Of a DNA stretch of 64,000 nt, positions 37,678-47,802 are shown one piece after another. Source of the DNA: Candidatus Methanomethylophilaceae archaeon (lineage in GTDB: Archaea > Thermoplasmatota > Thermoplasmata > Methanomassiliicoccales > Methanomethylophilaceae); assembly GCA_050950505.1 (NCBI GenBank), contig JBMNHS010000001.1, forward strand, positions 128,001 to 192,000, written 5' to 3'. The notes under the pieces are model-generated. The model was not told the origin of the DNA, made no database searches, and was given only the letters and a program-made list of their open reading frames with translations. Every line of letters begins with the position of its first letter. The stretch's first letter is position 1. The position numbers were made by a program, and so were the translations under genes.

Positions 37678-38814
37678 TCAGGGAAGATCCAGTTCCCCGA
37701 AATCGCTGAGATCCCTCAGAGGGGTGCCGGGAAGTTTTTCATCGGCATTTCTTCCGCGGTTCTCATCATCGAGACGGACGAACACGGGAACCGGACGGAA
37801 TACTTTCCATTTGGCGGCTATGTCCCTCACCAACGTTCTTTCGTTTGTGGTGTAGTACAATATGCAGGTGTATCCCACGACGAAAATTATAGCCAGTGCG
37901 GAAACTCCTATGTAAGTCAGAACCTGCAAAGGATCCGATTTGTTGATTGCCAGAAATACGTAAATCAGAGTCGCGCCTATGGGCAGTGCCATTCTTTTCA
38001 TCGTTTCCATGGCGCCGCTGTGAATATGAAAGGCCCGGTAGTTCGTTTCTATGCGCACTTCCAGAGATTTGAATATGGTGAAGGGAAGAACCAACAGAGG
38101 AATCATCAGAATCAGAGAGAACATGAACACGGAAACCGACGTCAACGAACCGTACGTATCGGAATCCATAAAGTTGGGATTCATTGAGATGTAAATCCAG
38201 ATTGTCATGCCCAACATCAACGCCACGGTGATTGTCTGCATCATTTCCTTCCAGGGTATTGACGTCCTTTCAAGATTGTAATTCATTGTGATGTTTCTTG
38301 TATCAAGATCCTCCGGCACGTTGAAAATGAAAGAAATCACTTTGTCGAACACGTTGAATTTTTTCTTGACGTTCATGTATTCTATGGAGTGGACCACTTT
38401 GTAAAACATGAATCTCTGAAAACCTTCGGCCAAAGCGACCACCCCGGTGCCCCCGAAGAGAATGAAGAGCGTAAAGAACAGAATCGTCAGCGTCAAAGTT
38501 ATGTGTCCGGTGAAATGAAGAACCGCGAACAACAGTACAAGCAACAGTACCGCCAACGAAGATTTCCAACGCCTTTCGTGGATGTAAATCAATATTCCAT
38601 CCAGGAACAGCGGCAGAGTCATAACGGGAACGATGTCGTAAAGAGTGTAGTCGCCGGAAACCGCCATAAAATATGCGGCAACGGCACAGGGGATTATGGC
38701 CAGCAAAGTAACCAGCAAAACAGTCTTATCAAATTTCCTTACAAGACTAAGATCCGGAGACAGTTTTGTAGACCAGAAAAACCTGCCTTTTCCCCTTTCG
38801 ATTTTAGGTTTCAT
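37678..38814 (-). CDS. multi-pass membrane protein
   Basis: About 8 TM helices in two bundles; ATGA overlap with the upstream gene. Confidence 0.75.
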   Translation of the reverse strand: MKPKIERGKGRFFWSTKLSPDLSLVRKFDKTVLLVTLLAIIPCAVAAYFMAVSGDYTLYDIVPVMTLPLFLDGILIYIHERRWKSSLAVLLLVLLFAVLHFTGHITLTLTILFFTLFILFGGTGVVALAEGFQRFMFYKVVHSIEYMNVKKKFNVFDKVISFIFNVPEDLDTRNITMNYNLERTSIPWKEMMQTITVALMLGMTIWIYISMNPNFMDSDTYGSLTSVSVFMFSLILMIPLLVLPFTIFKSLEVRIETNYRAFHIHSGAMETMKRMALPIGATLIYVFLAINKSDPLQVLTYIGVSALAIIFVVGYTCILYYTTNERTLVRDIAAKWKVFRPVPVFVRLDDENRGRNADEKLPGTPLRDLSDFGELDLP

Positions 38815-39158
38815 TTCTTTTCCGTCCAAACTTCCACGTCCGCCGTGGCTTTGTCGCCTCTGAACACCCCGAGAACGAAGGACATCTCGGTCCAAGTCTC
38901 GGTGGAGATGGGACCCAACGTACCGTCGGTTATTCCGTCAAGATGTCTTATCGGATTTCCGGTCTGATTGAATACCGCCACATCCACCGGACGGTCGGAC
39001 CTGGCATGGAGATACAGGAGTCTTTTCGGTTTCACGTTTATGTGGATGTGGACCACATTCCTGAACAGACTGGGCTCCGTAGGATCGAATTCGCCCACAA
39101 GAATACCTTCCTGTTCGAATACGACTTGTTTTCTTTTGAAAAGTCCCACTCCGTTCAC
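38811..39158 (-). CDS. small beta-rich hypothetical protein
   Basis: 115-aa ORF translationally coupled to the membrane protein. Confidence 0.65.
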   Translation of the reverse strand: MNGVGLFKRKQVVFEQEGILVGEFDPTEPSLFRNVVHIHINVKPKRLLYLHARSDRPVDVAVFNQTGNPIRHLDGITDGTLGPISTETWTEMSFVLGVFRGDKATADVEVWTEKK

Positions 39159-39218
39159 TCCCGAAAATCAGTATGGAATAGTTGTTTATTAGTATTGGGA
39201 TTTTCAAAATGCGCGGAA

Positions 39219-40211
39219 TCATTCTTCATAATCGATTTCAAGATCCGTTGAAAACTTCCACATCCGGGGGTAATGGCCCGGATCCATGAGAACCCGCTCG
39301 GTGCGGACGGCGGTTCCTTTGTCGGTTTCCATTATTTTGGAAGACGACATGGCCGCCTTTCCCAATCCTATGAGTTCCCCCCGGGCCGTCATCATGGCCA
39401 CAAGGGCATTTTTCCGTATCCCGTCATCGAGCATGTGGACACCGGACACCATGAGATCCGCGCCGTGGCATACCGCGTCAACGGCGGTGGGTTTGACGAT
39501 GAACTTGGGAAGGGGTTCCACAAGATCTTCCATGGGCCTGATCATGCTCCGCAGCCATTTTTCTCTTCCTTTTTCCTGCCAGAACACATATGCGTCTTTC
39601 AGATCGTGAAGAGTGACGGCGTCTTTCTCGGTCATTTTTCCGGAACGGTTTCTTCTCAGTTCCGTCATGCTTCCCCCGCTGCCCAGGGCCTCGCCGATGT
39701 CCACGCATAGCGTCCGTATGTAAGTTCCCGCGTCGCAGGAGACTCTGAAAAGAATGTCCCTCCCGGATATTTCGAATATTTCCAATTCGTGGATTGTACG
39801 TATCCTCATCTGTCTTTTGATTGCGGAACGCACCGGGGGCATCTGGTATATTTTTCCGACAAAACGGTTCATGACCTCCCGTATCCTTTCCTCGGAACGG
39901 TCGGCGTGAAGTCTCATGGAACAGACATATTCCTTGTCGGAAGAAAGAACGATGTCCGTGAGTCTGACGGCCTTTCCGACGGTTATCGGCAACACGCCGC
40001 TGACGTAAGGATCCAACGTGCCTCCGTGACCCATCCGCTCCGCCTGTATCGCGTCCTTCGCCCAGGCGGTGACCTGATGGGAGGTTGGGCCTTGGGGTTT
40101 GTCCAAAGCTATGACTCCGGCCTGCAACAGTTCTCCCAGAGATCTGTCGGAAGGCCGCTTGCCCCATTTGTCCCGTATGGTGTCAGGATCCTTCACTAAC
40201 ATTTCTGTCAT
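39219..40211 (-). CDS. cbf5: RNA-guided pseudouridine synthase Cbf5 (TruB family)
   Basis: DKPQGPTSH, GHGGTLDP, KEYVC, AGTYIR, PUA domain, YPRMWK. Confidence 0.95.
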   Translation of the reverse strand: MTEMLVKDPDTIRDKWGKRPSDRSLGELLQAGVIALDKPQGPTSHQVTAWAKDAIQAERMGHGGTLDPYVSGVLPITVGKAVRLTDIVLSSDKEYVCSMRLHADRSEERIREVMNRFVGKIYQMPPVRSAIKRQMRIRTIHELEIFEISGRDILFRVSCDAGTYIRTLCVDIGEALGSGGSMTELRRNRSGKMTEKDAVTLHDLKDAYVFWQEKGREKWLRSMIRPMEDLVEPLPKFIVKPTAVDAVCHGADLMVSGVHMLDDGIRKNALVAMMTARGELIGLGKAAMSSSKIMETDKGTAVRTERVLMDPGHYPRMWKFSTDLEIDYEE

Positions 40212-40731
40212 TGAGTGCTCCGAGTATTTTATCGATCACTTCGTCGGGGGTGAGGTCGTCGGTATTGATTATCAAATCGTAAACGCTCAGATCGCCGATG
40301 TCGATTCCGTAATACTGCATGTATCTTTTCGCTTCCGACTCCTCGCGTCGGGAAGTGTCTATGCAGGCACGTTCGTATTCCGCGTCTTCCCTGTCGCAGA
40401 TGCGTTTCATGCGGACTTCGGGACTTGCGTGAATGTAGACTCTGAAAGCGTCGATGTCTTTCTTTTTCGTGAGGTATGCGGAAAGTCTCGACTCGAGAAT
40501 TATATTTTTGTTTTCCCGGGCCACGTCAAGAATTGCGGAATCTATCTCCCGGTCAATCGACGGATCTTTTTCCGCCAAGGCGCCGAACTCGGAAACGGTC
40601 ATGCCCCTCTCGGCGGCCATCTCTCTGAAAACTTGTCCGAATATTATCTGACGATATCCCAATATCTCGGATAATCTGCGGCAAGCCGTGGATTTTCCCG
40701 AACCGGGCGGACCGCTGATAGTGATTCTCAT
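40183..40731 (-). CDS. cmk: cytidylate kinase (archaeal type)
   Basis: ISGPPGSGKST, FREMA, ESRL, RYMQYYGIDI. Confidence 0.92.
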   Translation of the reverse strand: MRITISGPPGSGKSTACRRLSEILGYRQIIFGQVFREMAAERGMTVSEFGALAEKDPSIDREIDSAILDVARENKNIILESRLSAYLTKKKDIDAFRVYIHASPEVRMKRICDREDAEYERACIDTSRREESEAKRYMQYYGIDIGDLSVYDLIINTDDLTPDEVIDKILGALNDRNVSEGS

Positions 40732-41426
40732 TCTACCGTAGTCGTGTATTCGCCTTCGGTTTCGGCGATGCGCTTCTTGAGCAGGAGGTATCTGACGAAC
40801 TTACCCATGAGCTGTCCGATGGGAATGCTTATCAGGGTGTAAATCAGAATCCAGGAGGGCAGCACCATGGTTGCCATCAGATCCACCCCGGCCGCCCAGG
40901 GGACGTTGATGAAAAGAAGCGATTCCGGAACACTATGGTTCAGGAAGTAAAACACCCATGCGTAAATCGGTATCACGATTATCATCGTCACGGGCATAAT
41001 TTTCATCTGATCCTGGCTGGATTCCATGGATTTGGACATCATGACGGGCTGTTGATCCGTGAGTTTCTTGATTTTATACAGATTGTTCTCCAATCTGGCT
41101 TCCCTCATCTCCCGGTTGAACTCTTTCTGAAGGTGCTGGCTCTTGGCCATCTTCAGAGGGTCGGAAAGAACGGTTCTGATGACGCTGCTGAGCGTCGTCA
41201 TTATCAGACCCGCAATCATCAGGGTCAGGACGGGGTACTGCCCGCCGAACCCTATGTATTTGAACACGAAATTCAGATACTGTCCAACCTGTTCCCTGTA
41301 CATCATAACGACGAACATCAGAACCAGGGAGAGCAGCATCCCGATCATTGTGTTCTTGGGCATCTGCGGCATGTTTTCCATCTGGTTGCCCATCTGTCCT
41401 TTTCCTCCCGGATTAGCCATTTTCAT
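40728..41426 (-). CDS. DUF106 / EMC3-TMCO1 (Oxa1 superfamily) membrane protein
   Basis: TM, coiled coil, KIMPVTMIIVIPIYAW, WILIY; directly downstream of secY. Confidence 0.88.
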   Translation of the reverse strand: MKMANPGGKGQMGNQMENMPQMPKNTMIGMLLSLVLMFVVMMYREQVGQYLNFVFKYIGFGGQYPVLTLMIAGLIMTTLSSVIRTVLSDPLKMAKSQHLQKEFNREMREARLENNLYKIKKLTDQQPVMMSKSMESSQDQMKIMPVTMIIVIPIYAWVFYFLNHSVPESLLFINVPWAAGVDLMATMVLPSWILIYTLISIPIGQLMGKFVRYLLLKKRIAETEGEYTTTVE

Positions 41427-42958
41427 TCACTCCCGAAGAATCCTCTCATCAGGGGATTCATCTCCATCATCTGTTCGCGTCCCATGGACTCATAGAACTT
41501 AATCAGGATACCCACAGTCAGCAGGACACCGGTACCTCCGGCGTTTCCTGTGGTACCCAGCATGTCGGCGAAAGACGCCAACGCTCCGACCAAGGCACCC
41601 GAAAGGATGGTAATGGCCGGAATATATCTGTCCAGCACCCGCTTCAGAACCCTGGGATCCTTACGGAATCCGGGAATCTGCATACCGCTCTGCTGAATCT
41701 GTTTGGCAACGGCTTCCGATCCCAGATTGGTGGTTTCAACCCAGAACTTGGCGAAGAATATCGAACCCATGACCATTACCGTGAAGTAAATCGCCACTCT
41801 CGATATATTCTGTACCGCCCCGTACCCGTTGCCGTATGTTATCGGATCCAATATCGGCATCAGCCACGACGTCAGTCCCGTCGGTGCCGACAGGTACCAG
41901 GCCAGACCTCCGGCCGCCGTTGTGGATCCCGGTTCGAAATAACCTATCGCGGCATTATGTCCCAGGAAAGGTATTCCGCTGAAGAAATCGTTTGTGTACA
42001 GCAACAGTGTGATCATGCTGACGTTCGCCAGAACGGCGGACATCAGAATGACGGGTATGTTGCTTGCGTACAGCAATTTGATCGGGTATCTTCCCCTGGC
42101 ACCTCTGGCACTGCCGTGGGACAGGGGCAATTCTATGCGTGTGGATTCAAGATACGCCACGGAGAAGAATATCAGCAGTGTGCATAACAGCGCCACCACG
42201 GAGTTGGGTTCCCCGAGGAACATCCATTCGTAACCCCAGTTTGACATATCCGCCGAACTGCTGTTCGACAGAAGATAAATCGCGCGGGGAATCGTTCCCG
42301 CCGGCGGATTGCCGAGACCCACCGCCGCGCCGCCGTCAACGGGATTCCAGTTCAGGGTACCCGTGAATATCGCTTCCGCCACTCCGGCGGCGATAAACAA
42401 CGATATACCGCTGCCTATTCCCCATTTCGAAATCAGTTCGTCCATCAGGAATACGATGTAAGAACCGACGCAGAGCTGGGCTATGATGACCAGTTTGGCT
42501 CCTCCGCCCCCCACTTTGTCTATCAATCCCGATGAGGGAACCAGGTATCCGAATACCTGGGGTACGGCGGTTATCACGATCATGGCGATGACCAGCAGTT
42601 TGAGCACTGACTGGTAGCATGCCTTGTCGTCCTGTTTCGTAAGGTCGAGCTTTATTATTTTGGCGCCGACAAAGAGTTGCATTATGATGGAAGCGGTGAC
42701 TATCGGCCCGATACCCAACTGTAGAATGGTACCTGACGCACCGGCCATGATCGTCCTGTACTGGGCGAACATATCCATTGTGCTTCCCTGGTCCAAGCCG
42801 TAGATGTACACATTGGTCATCACGAAGTACAGCACCAGGACGACGATGACCCACATCATCTTCGTCCTGAAGTGTACATGCCCTTCCGGGCGCTGAACCG
42901 AAGGCAGCCTGTCTGATATAGGTCTCAGTTTGTGGAGCAGACTGGGTTTATCTTCCAT
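41423..42958 (-). CDS. secY: preprotein translocase SecY
   Basis: LGIGPIVTASI, KWGIGSGISLFI, YPIKLLYASNIP, IPGFR, GTGVLL. Confidence 0.97.
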   Translation of the reverse strand: MEDKPSLLHKLRPISDRLPSVQRPEGHVHFRTKMMWVIVVLVLYFVMTNVYIYGLDQGSTMDMFAQYRTIMAGASGTILQLGIGPIVTASIIMQLFVGAKIIKLDLTKQDDKACYQSVLKLLVIAMIVITAVPQVFGYLVPSSGLIDKVGGGGAKLVIIAQLCVGSYIVFLMDELISKWGIGSGISLFIAAGVAEAIFTGTLNWNPVDGGAAVGLGNPPAGTIPRAIYLLSNSSSADMSNWGYEWMFLGEPNSVVALLCTLLIFFSVAYLESTRIELPLSHGSARGARGRYPIKLLYASNIPVILMSAVLANVSMITLLLYTNDFFSGIPFLGHNAAIGYFEPGSTTAAGGLAWYLSAPTGLTSWLMPILDPITYGNGYGAVQNISRVAIYFTVMVMGSIFFAKFWVETTNLGSEAVAKQIQQSGMQIPGFRKDPRVLKRVLDRYIPAITILSGALVGALASFADMLGTTGNAGGTGVLLTVGILIKFYESMGREQMMEMNPLMRGFFGSE

Positions 42959-42979
42959 CGGTCATCACTCATTCCGGTT

Positions 42980-43402
42980 TCATTCGGCTATGCTGCCGCC
43001 CGAAGCTTCGATCTTACCGCGGGCTTTTTCCGAGATCTGGGACACGGTGACCTTTACGGGCACGTCTATGTCTCCCCCTCCCAGAAGCTTGTCGATGCCT
43101 GCCTTGGTGAGGTCAACGGAATATCCGTTTCCTTCCTTCACGGCGAAGCCTTTGTCGACGAAGGCATCCAGGTTCTCCCGGAGTTCGGACACGTTTATGG
43201 TTATGTTGGCCTTGACTTGGCTCTGCGGTCTCTTGAAACCGTATCTGCCGAAGTGATCGGGGAAATACTTGAGCATTTTCATTTTTCCCGTCTTTCTCAG
43301 GCCGGCCATACCGCGACCGCCGGTTATACCCGAACCGCGGCCGGATTTGGTTCCGCGGCCGTGGGAGGTCGATCCTCTGAACTTCTTGGTTCTGCTTGGC
43401 AT
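42980..43402 (-). CDS. rpl15: 50S ribosomal protein uL15
   Basis: RGSTSHGRG, GGRGMAG, FGRYGF, KLLGGG. Confidence 0.95.
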   Translation of the reverse strand: MPSRTKKFRGSTSHGRGTKSGRGSGITGGRGMAGLRKTGKMKMLKYFPDHFGRYGFKRPQSQVKANITINVSELRENLDAFVDKGFAVKEGNGYSVDLTKAGIDKLLGGGDIDVPVKVTVSQISEKARGKIEASGGSIAE

Positions 43403-43411
43403 TTTTATCCC

Positions 43412-43876
43412 TCACAGCATCCTTCTGACGAGGATGTTGATATCTTCTCCTCTGTATCCGAGGGCACCGCCGGAAACGTAGGGGCGTTTGATTCCTTCGT
43501 ATCCTTTTATCGGCGGGTGAAGACGGAACAGGGGTTTGACGCCTTCGGCATCCCTCATCCTGTAGTCGTTCTCGATCATCGCTTTCGCCATTTCGTCGGC
43601 GTCGGCGAATTCGGTGTGTTCTTTGATGTACTCATCGGAGAGGTCGTCGCCTCCGGCAATTTTTCCGCGGCAGCGGATCATTTCGGCCAGAGTTTCGGCG
43701 TCCACTTCTCCCCAGGTGCAGTAATCCTTGATTAATTTCATCATTCCCTTGATGGAATCCGTTTCGGGAAGGATTACGCAGTGGTTGACTTTGTTGAGGC
43801 CGAGGAGATCCATGGTGTGCCTGATGTCACAGTTGACATCGGCCTGTCCGCGAACGCGTATTACTGCGTAAGCCAT
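43412..43876 (-). CDS. rpl30: 50S ribosomal protein uL30
   Basis: AVIRVRG, TWGE, FRLHPPIKG, GALGYRG. Confidence 0.95.
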   Translation of the reverse strand: MAYAVIRVRGQADVNCDIRHTMDLLGLNKVNHCVILPETDSIKGMMKLIKDYCTWGEVDAETLAEMIRCRGKIAGGDDLSDEYIKEHTEFADADEMAKAMIENDYRMRDAEGVKPLFRLHPPIKGYEGIKRPYVSGGALGYRGEDINILVRRML

Positions 43877-43877
43877 T

Positions 43878-44555
43878 TCACTCATCCTCCGTCATGACGG
43901 CATCCGGGTCCGAAAGACGGACCGGTCCGGAAACTATGTTGAGTTCCTTTGCCTGTTTGTCGGTGACCCTCATGGAAGCGGTCATCCTCAAAGCTTCGTA
44001 AGTGGCCATGGCGTAGTTGACTTTGGTTTTGGTCTTTCCTTTCGCGAAGCCCCACGCATCGTTGATGCCGGCCATCACAAGAAGACTTTTCGCAACATCG
44101 CCCACCGCGAGACCGATGCCTCTGGGTGCGGGTTTGATGAACACCGTCACCGAACCGGTGGATCCGGTTATGTTGAAGGGCAATGTGTGCGGGGTTCCGC
44201 AACCGCATTCCCAGGAACCGCATCCTCTCTTGATTTCGATGATGTTCAGTTTTGCGTTGTCGATGGCCTTCCTTATGGAAGGTCCCACCTCTTTCCCTTT
44301 GGCCCTGCCGATTCCGACAAACCCGTCGCCGTTGCCCACAATGCATGTGGCGGCGAATCTGACCCTTCTTCCGGAGTCGGTCATTCTCTGAACCATGTTC
44401 AGATCTATGACTTCATCTTTGAGGTCCGGGAGCAGAATGTCCACGATTTCGGGCTCACGGAGCGGCAGCCTCGTGTCGAGGGCTTCGCTCATGGTGGTGA
44501 TCTCGCCGTTGAGGACCATCTGTCCCAATCTTGTCTTCGGGATCCAATCAGCCAT
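43878..44555 (-). CDS. rps5: 30S ribosomal protein uS5
   Basis: [28 protein letters not shown]. Confidence 0.97.
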   Translation of the reverse strand: MADWIPKTRLGQMVLNGEITTMSEALDTRLPLREPEIVDILLPDLKDEVIDLNMVQRMTDSGRRVRFAATCIVGNGDGFVGIGRAKGKEVGPSIRKAIDNAKLNIIEIKRGCGSWECGCGTPHTLPFNITGSTGSVTVFIKPAPRGIGLAVGDVAKSLLVMAGINDAWGFAKGKTKTKVNYAMATYEALRMTASMRVTDKQAKELNIVSGPVRLSDPDAVMTEDE

Positions 44556-44557
44556 AA

Positions 44558-45058
44558 TTATTCAGCCTCCATTTTTTCTTTGAGGCTGCTTACCGCCGCC
44601 TCGATTTTTTCGTCTATGTGTTTACCGTTCAATCTGTCATCGGCGGGCCTTATGCCCTCGCCGTGAGGGATTTCAAGGCCGGCGTCGCACATACCCGCGA
44701 GCGCCGCAAACAGCACGCCCCCTTTCTTGGGGACCTGCATGCCTATGTCGAGCACGGCATACTCGATTCCTGCGGCCAAAGCTTTTTTGCCCGCAAGGTA
44801 ACCCGCAAGATATGCCGCGGGGATGGTGGAACAGGAATGTTCCCAACCCATCTTTTGAAGGTCCCGGGTTCCGGCGGTTGCCAGAATCCTGTCCCCTTCC
44901 ATGCCGAATTCGACAAACTGTATTGTTACGTTCTTGTTGGAGCGCCTGAGCACCGCCCTGGTTTCATGGCTCGCAAGGAGCCTGCGGCGGATGTAATAGT
45001 TCGTGCGCCCTTCCCTTCTTCTGCGGAAGGGTACTCTGTATCTGGGTCCTGTTGCCAT
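44558..45058 (-). CDS. rpl18: 50S ribosomal protein uL18
   Basis: [31 protein letters not shown]. Confidence 0.96.
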   Translation of the reverse strand: MATGPRYRVPFRRRREGRTNYYIRRRLLASHETRAVLRRSNKNVTIQFVEFGMEGDRILATAGTRDLQKMGWEHSCSTIPAAYLAGYLAGKKALAAGIEYAVLDIGMQVPKKGGVLFAALAGMCDAGLEIPHGEGIRPADDRLNGKHIDEKIEAAVSSLKEKMEAE

Positions 45059-45522
45059 CAGTTCTCCTCCTCCTTCAAATGTCCGGCGTTTATCATATGC
45101 TGCCTGAGGTTCCTGCGGGATCTGTACTGACCTCCCTTGGCCCTTCTGTAATACAGCCTGTAAGTCGCCGGGGTGATTTCACCTTCGTCCCTGAGGGTCT
45201 TGAGTTCGTCACGGATCGGTCTGATGACGGAAATCCAGCGGGTCTTGTCGCGGACGCGGGCGTTCGCGGTACCGGACCTGCTTCCGGGTCCCTTTCTCTT
45301 ACCGGAGGCTTTCTGTGCGGCGTTATGCCTTATTCTGCCTCTGGAGGTTCCCTGCTTGGGTTTCGCTTTGATAAGACCGGAATTGACGGCCGTCCTGATG
45401 TCGGAGCGGGTGATGCATTCCGCAACCTCCTCGAGCCTGTCAGGGTCCATCCAAACACGGTTTTCACCGCATTTGAGGACGTCGGCGGCCATTCTTCTCT
45501 GGTTGGTGAGATCGGTCATCAT
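45058..45522 (-). CDS. rpl19e: 50S ribosomal protein eL19
   Basis: QRRMAADVLKCG, RVWMDP, SRGR, GPGSRSG, YRRAKGG. Confidence 0.96.
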   Translation of the reverse strand: MMTDLTNQRRMAADVLKCGENRVWMDPDRLEEVAECITRSDIRTAVNSGLIKAKPKQGTSRGRIRHNAAQKASGKRKGPGSRSGTANARVRDKTRWISVIRPIRDELKTLRDEGEITPATYRLYYRRAKGGQYRSRRNLRQHMINAGHLKEEEN

Positions 45523-46190
45523 TCCACCATCCTGTTGAGGATTCTTATGCCGAGTTCGTCGGCCCGGTCCTCGATGGCTATTCTTTTTCTCGTTCCCACG
45601 GTGGCTCCGATGCGTATCGCCTCCGCCTTGGGATCGATGTTCTCGAGACCTTTCTCGTTGTGCACAAGCACCTCACGGAATCCGGAGGGGTGCAAATCCC
45701 TTACGGACGCGGGTCCGCGGAATCCGACGCTGACCGCGGGGGGGCGTCTTTTGAGACCCCTTCTCAGACTTGAGTGGGTTCCCCTGGGCTTTCTCCAACT
45801 GGTTCCGATTCTGGAGAACCTGAACCAGTCCTGTCTCTTGAAAGCGGGTCTGCGTCCGCTGATGATTGCTCTCTTGGCGAGGGCGTCGGCGGATTCGTCA
45901 TCGAGTTCGGGCTTGAGTTTCACCACGTATCCCGCGGAGTCCCCGGCCTCGGTGATGACGGGCTCCACGACCGTATCTTCCTCAACCTCTTCGGGGGCCC
46001 CTGCGGCAGCCTTCCATTTCTCGGCTGTTTTGGGTCCGATTCCCGAAACGTTCTTGATTATTTCTTTGAATTTGCCTTCGTCATTGAGTGCTTCCGCGAG
46101 CTCGGCCATGGTTGTGATTCCCATTTCTTTGAGTTCCGCGGTGTTGCGCTCTTTGAAACCGGGAAGGTCACTGAATTTCTTCACGGTCAT
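45519..46190 (-). CDS. rpl32e: 50S ribosomal protein eL32 with N-terminal HhH extension
   Basis: PAFKRQ, WRKPRG, LHPSGFREVLV; N-terminal LPGF and SGIGPKTA HhH motifs. Confidence 0.94.
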   Translation of the reverse strand: MTVKKFSDLPGFKERNTAELKEMGITTMAELAEALNDEGKFKEIIKNVSGIGPKTAEKWKAAAGAPEEVEEDTVVEPVITEAGDSAGYVVKLKPELDDESADALAKRAIISGRRPAFKRQDWFRFSRIGTSWRKPRGTHSSLRRGLKRRPPAVSVGFRGPASVRDLHPSGFREVLVHNEKGLENIDPKAEAIRIGATVGTRKRIAIEDRADELGIRILNRMVE

Positions 46191-46191
46191 C

Positions 46192-46740
46192 TCATTTCAC
46201 CTTGTGTGATTTGTGGACGATGTAAATACCGTCCTGGAATGTTCTCTCGTCGAATCCGAGCCTCTTGGTCGCCTTTTCGATGTTCGCCGCGGTCTGACCG
46301 CAGGCCTCGATGTCGATGCCTTCTACGGTCACGTCCGCGCCGTTGACTTTGACGGTGCATCCGCGAACGATGTTCGCGTAACGCTTCGCGTGGCCTCCGA
46401 GATAGTTGCTCACTTCGACTTTGTCACCGACAACGGCGACTTTCATCGGGAAGTGTGAGTAGACTGTCTTGAGTCCGTAAGTGTAACCTTCCGTCACGCC
46501 TATCACCATGTTTCTCACATGGGCGGCGAAGGTGCCGTTCATCGCTTTCTCCTTCATTTTGGGGTACTCGCAACTTATTACGACTTCTTCTCCTTTGACG
46601 GCAATCTTCACGCGAGGGTGTGCGAAGTTTCTGCTCAATTCCCCCTTGGGTCCTTTGACCGTAAGGACGTCGTCATTCTGAATGACGGTTACGCCCTCGG
46701 GGACGGCGATGGTGCTTTCGATTATCCCTGCCAATACCAT
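46192..46740 (-). CDS. rpl6: 50S ribosomal protein uL6
   Basis: VKGPKG, YSHFPM, GQTAANIE, FQDGIYI. Confidence 0.96.
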   Translation of the reverse strand: MVLAGIIESTIAVPEGVTVIQNDDVLTVKGPKGELSRNFAHPRVKIAVKGEEVVISCEYPKMKEKAMNGTFAAHVRNMVIGVTEGYTYGLKTVYSHFPMKVAVVGDKVEVSNYLGGHAKRYANIVRGCTVKVNGADVTVEGIDIEACGQTAANIEKATKRLGFDERTFQDGIYIVHKSHKVK

Positions 46741-46749
46741 TTTTATTCC

Positions 46750-47139
46750 TCAATATACATATGCCAGCAGTTTCCCGCCGATTCCGAGCTCCTTGGCCCG
46801 GTCCTGGGTGATCACGCCGGCAGTGGTGGTCAAAATAAGGAGACCGAAGTCCTGGGCGGGGAGATACCTCGCTTCGAACTTTTCGATGTCGCCGGTCTTG
46901 ACCGCGTACCTGGGCTTTATCACGCCACAGTTGTTTATCGCGCCTTTGAGCATCACGCGGAACTCTCCGGCCTTTCCGTTTTCAACGTACTCGAATTGGT
47001 TTATGTACCCGTGGTCCTGCATAACCTTCAGCACTCTGCCGATAAGTTTGGAGGACAGCGAAATGGTACATTCCTTCTTTCCGCTCAAAGCTGCATTTTT
47101 CATTACGCACATGGCGTCATTAAGTGGATCGCTTTGCAT
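46750..47139 (-). CDS. rps8: 30S ribosomal protein uS8
   Basis: DPLNDA, INNCGVIKPR, GGKLLAYVY. Confidence 0.96.
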   Translation of the reverse strand: MQSDPLNDAMCVMKNAALSGKKECTISLSSKLIGRVLKVMQDHGYINQFEYVENGKAGEFRVMLKGAINNCGVIKPRYAVKTGDIEKFEARYLPAQDFGLLILTTTAGVITQDRAKELGIGGKLLAYVY

Positions 47140-47149
47140 TTAGTTCACC

Positions 47150-47296
47150 TCACGAATATTTCTTGAACCCAAGTTCAGGTGCGAGGTCCCTGAAACACTG
47201 TCTGCAAAGACGTATTCCATACCTTCTGATTACTCCTCTCTTGCGTCCGCAGCGTGTGCATCCGACGGATCTTCCGAATTGTTTTTCAGGTTTCAT
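47150..47296 (-). CDS. rps14: 30S ribosomal protein uS14 (Zn type), not in ORF track
   Basis: Manual translation [48 protein letters not shown]. Confidence 0.95.
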   Translation of the reverse strand: MKPEKQFGRSVGCTRCGRKRGVIRRYGIRLCRQCFRDLAPELGFKKYS

Positions 47297-47802
47297 TCTA
47301 TCACCTCGATTCCGTATGTATCAGACATGAACCGAATTGCTTCATCACGTTTCACGCGCTGTCTGGTGGGTATCTTCTTTGTGAGGAGTCTCCTGTATTC
47401 GATTCTGCTTCCGAATCTTCTGAGAACAACGTTCACGTCCATTCCGAAGATTCCGATTTCGGGATCGTATTTCATGCCTTCGAAGTCCGTGTAGTCGGGA
47501 ATTCCGAAGGACATGTTGCCTTCCTGGTCAAAAGAGTACTCCATGATGCGGCCTTCCCTGATGGTCAGAGCCTTTCTGAGGAACTCGTCGGCACTCTGTC
47601 CCCTGAGGGTGACTTTGCATCCGATGGGCATGCCTATGCGTATTCCCAAGTCCCTGTTGATTGTCTTGGATACCGTCTGTATCGGCTTCTGTCCGGTGAC
47701 CATCTCGACGACCTTTTCGGCCTTGACGAGTCTTTCTCCGGCTTCTCCGACACCTACGTTGACGACGATTTTATCGACTTTGAGAGTTTTGGTGCCGGTC
47801 AT
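47293..47802 (-). CDS. rpl5: 50S ribosomal protein uL5
   Basis: [31 protein letters not shown]. Confidence 0.96.
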   Translation of the reverse strand: MTGTKTLKVDKIVVNVGVGEAGERLVKAEKVVEMVTGQKPIQTVSKTINRDLGIRIGMPIGCKVTLRGQSADEFLRKALTIREGRIMEYSFDQEGNMSFGIPDYTDFEGMKYDPEIGIFGMDVNVVLRRFGSRIEYRRLLTKKIPTRQRVKRDEAIRFMSDTYGIEVIE

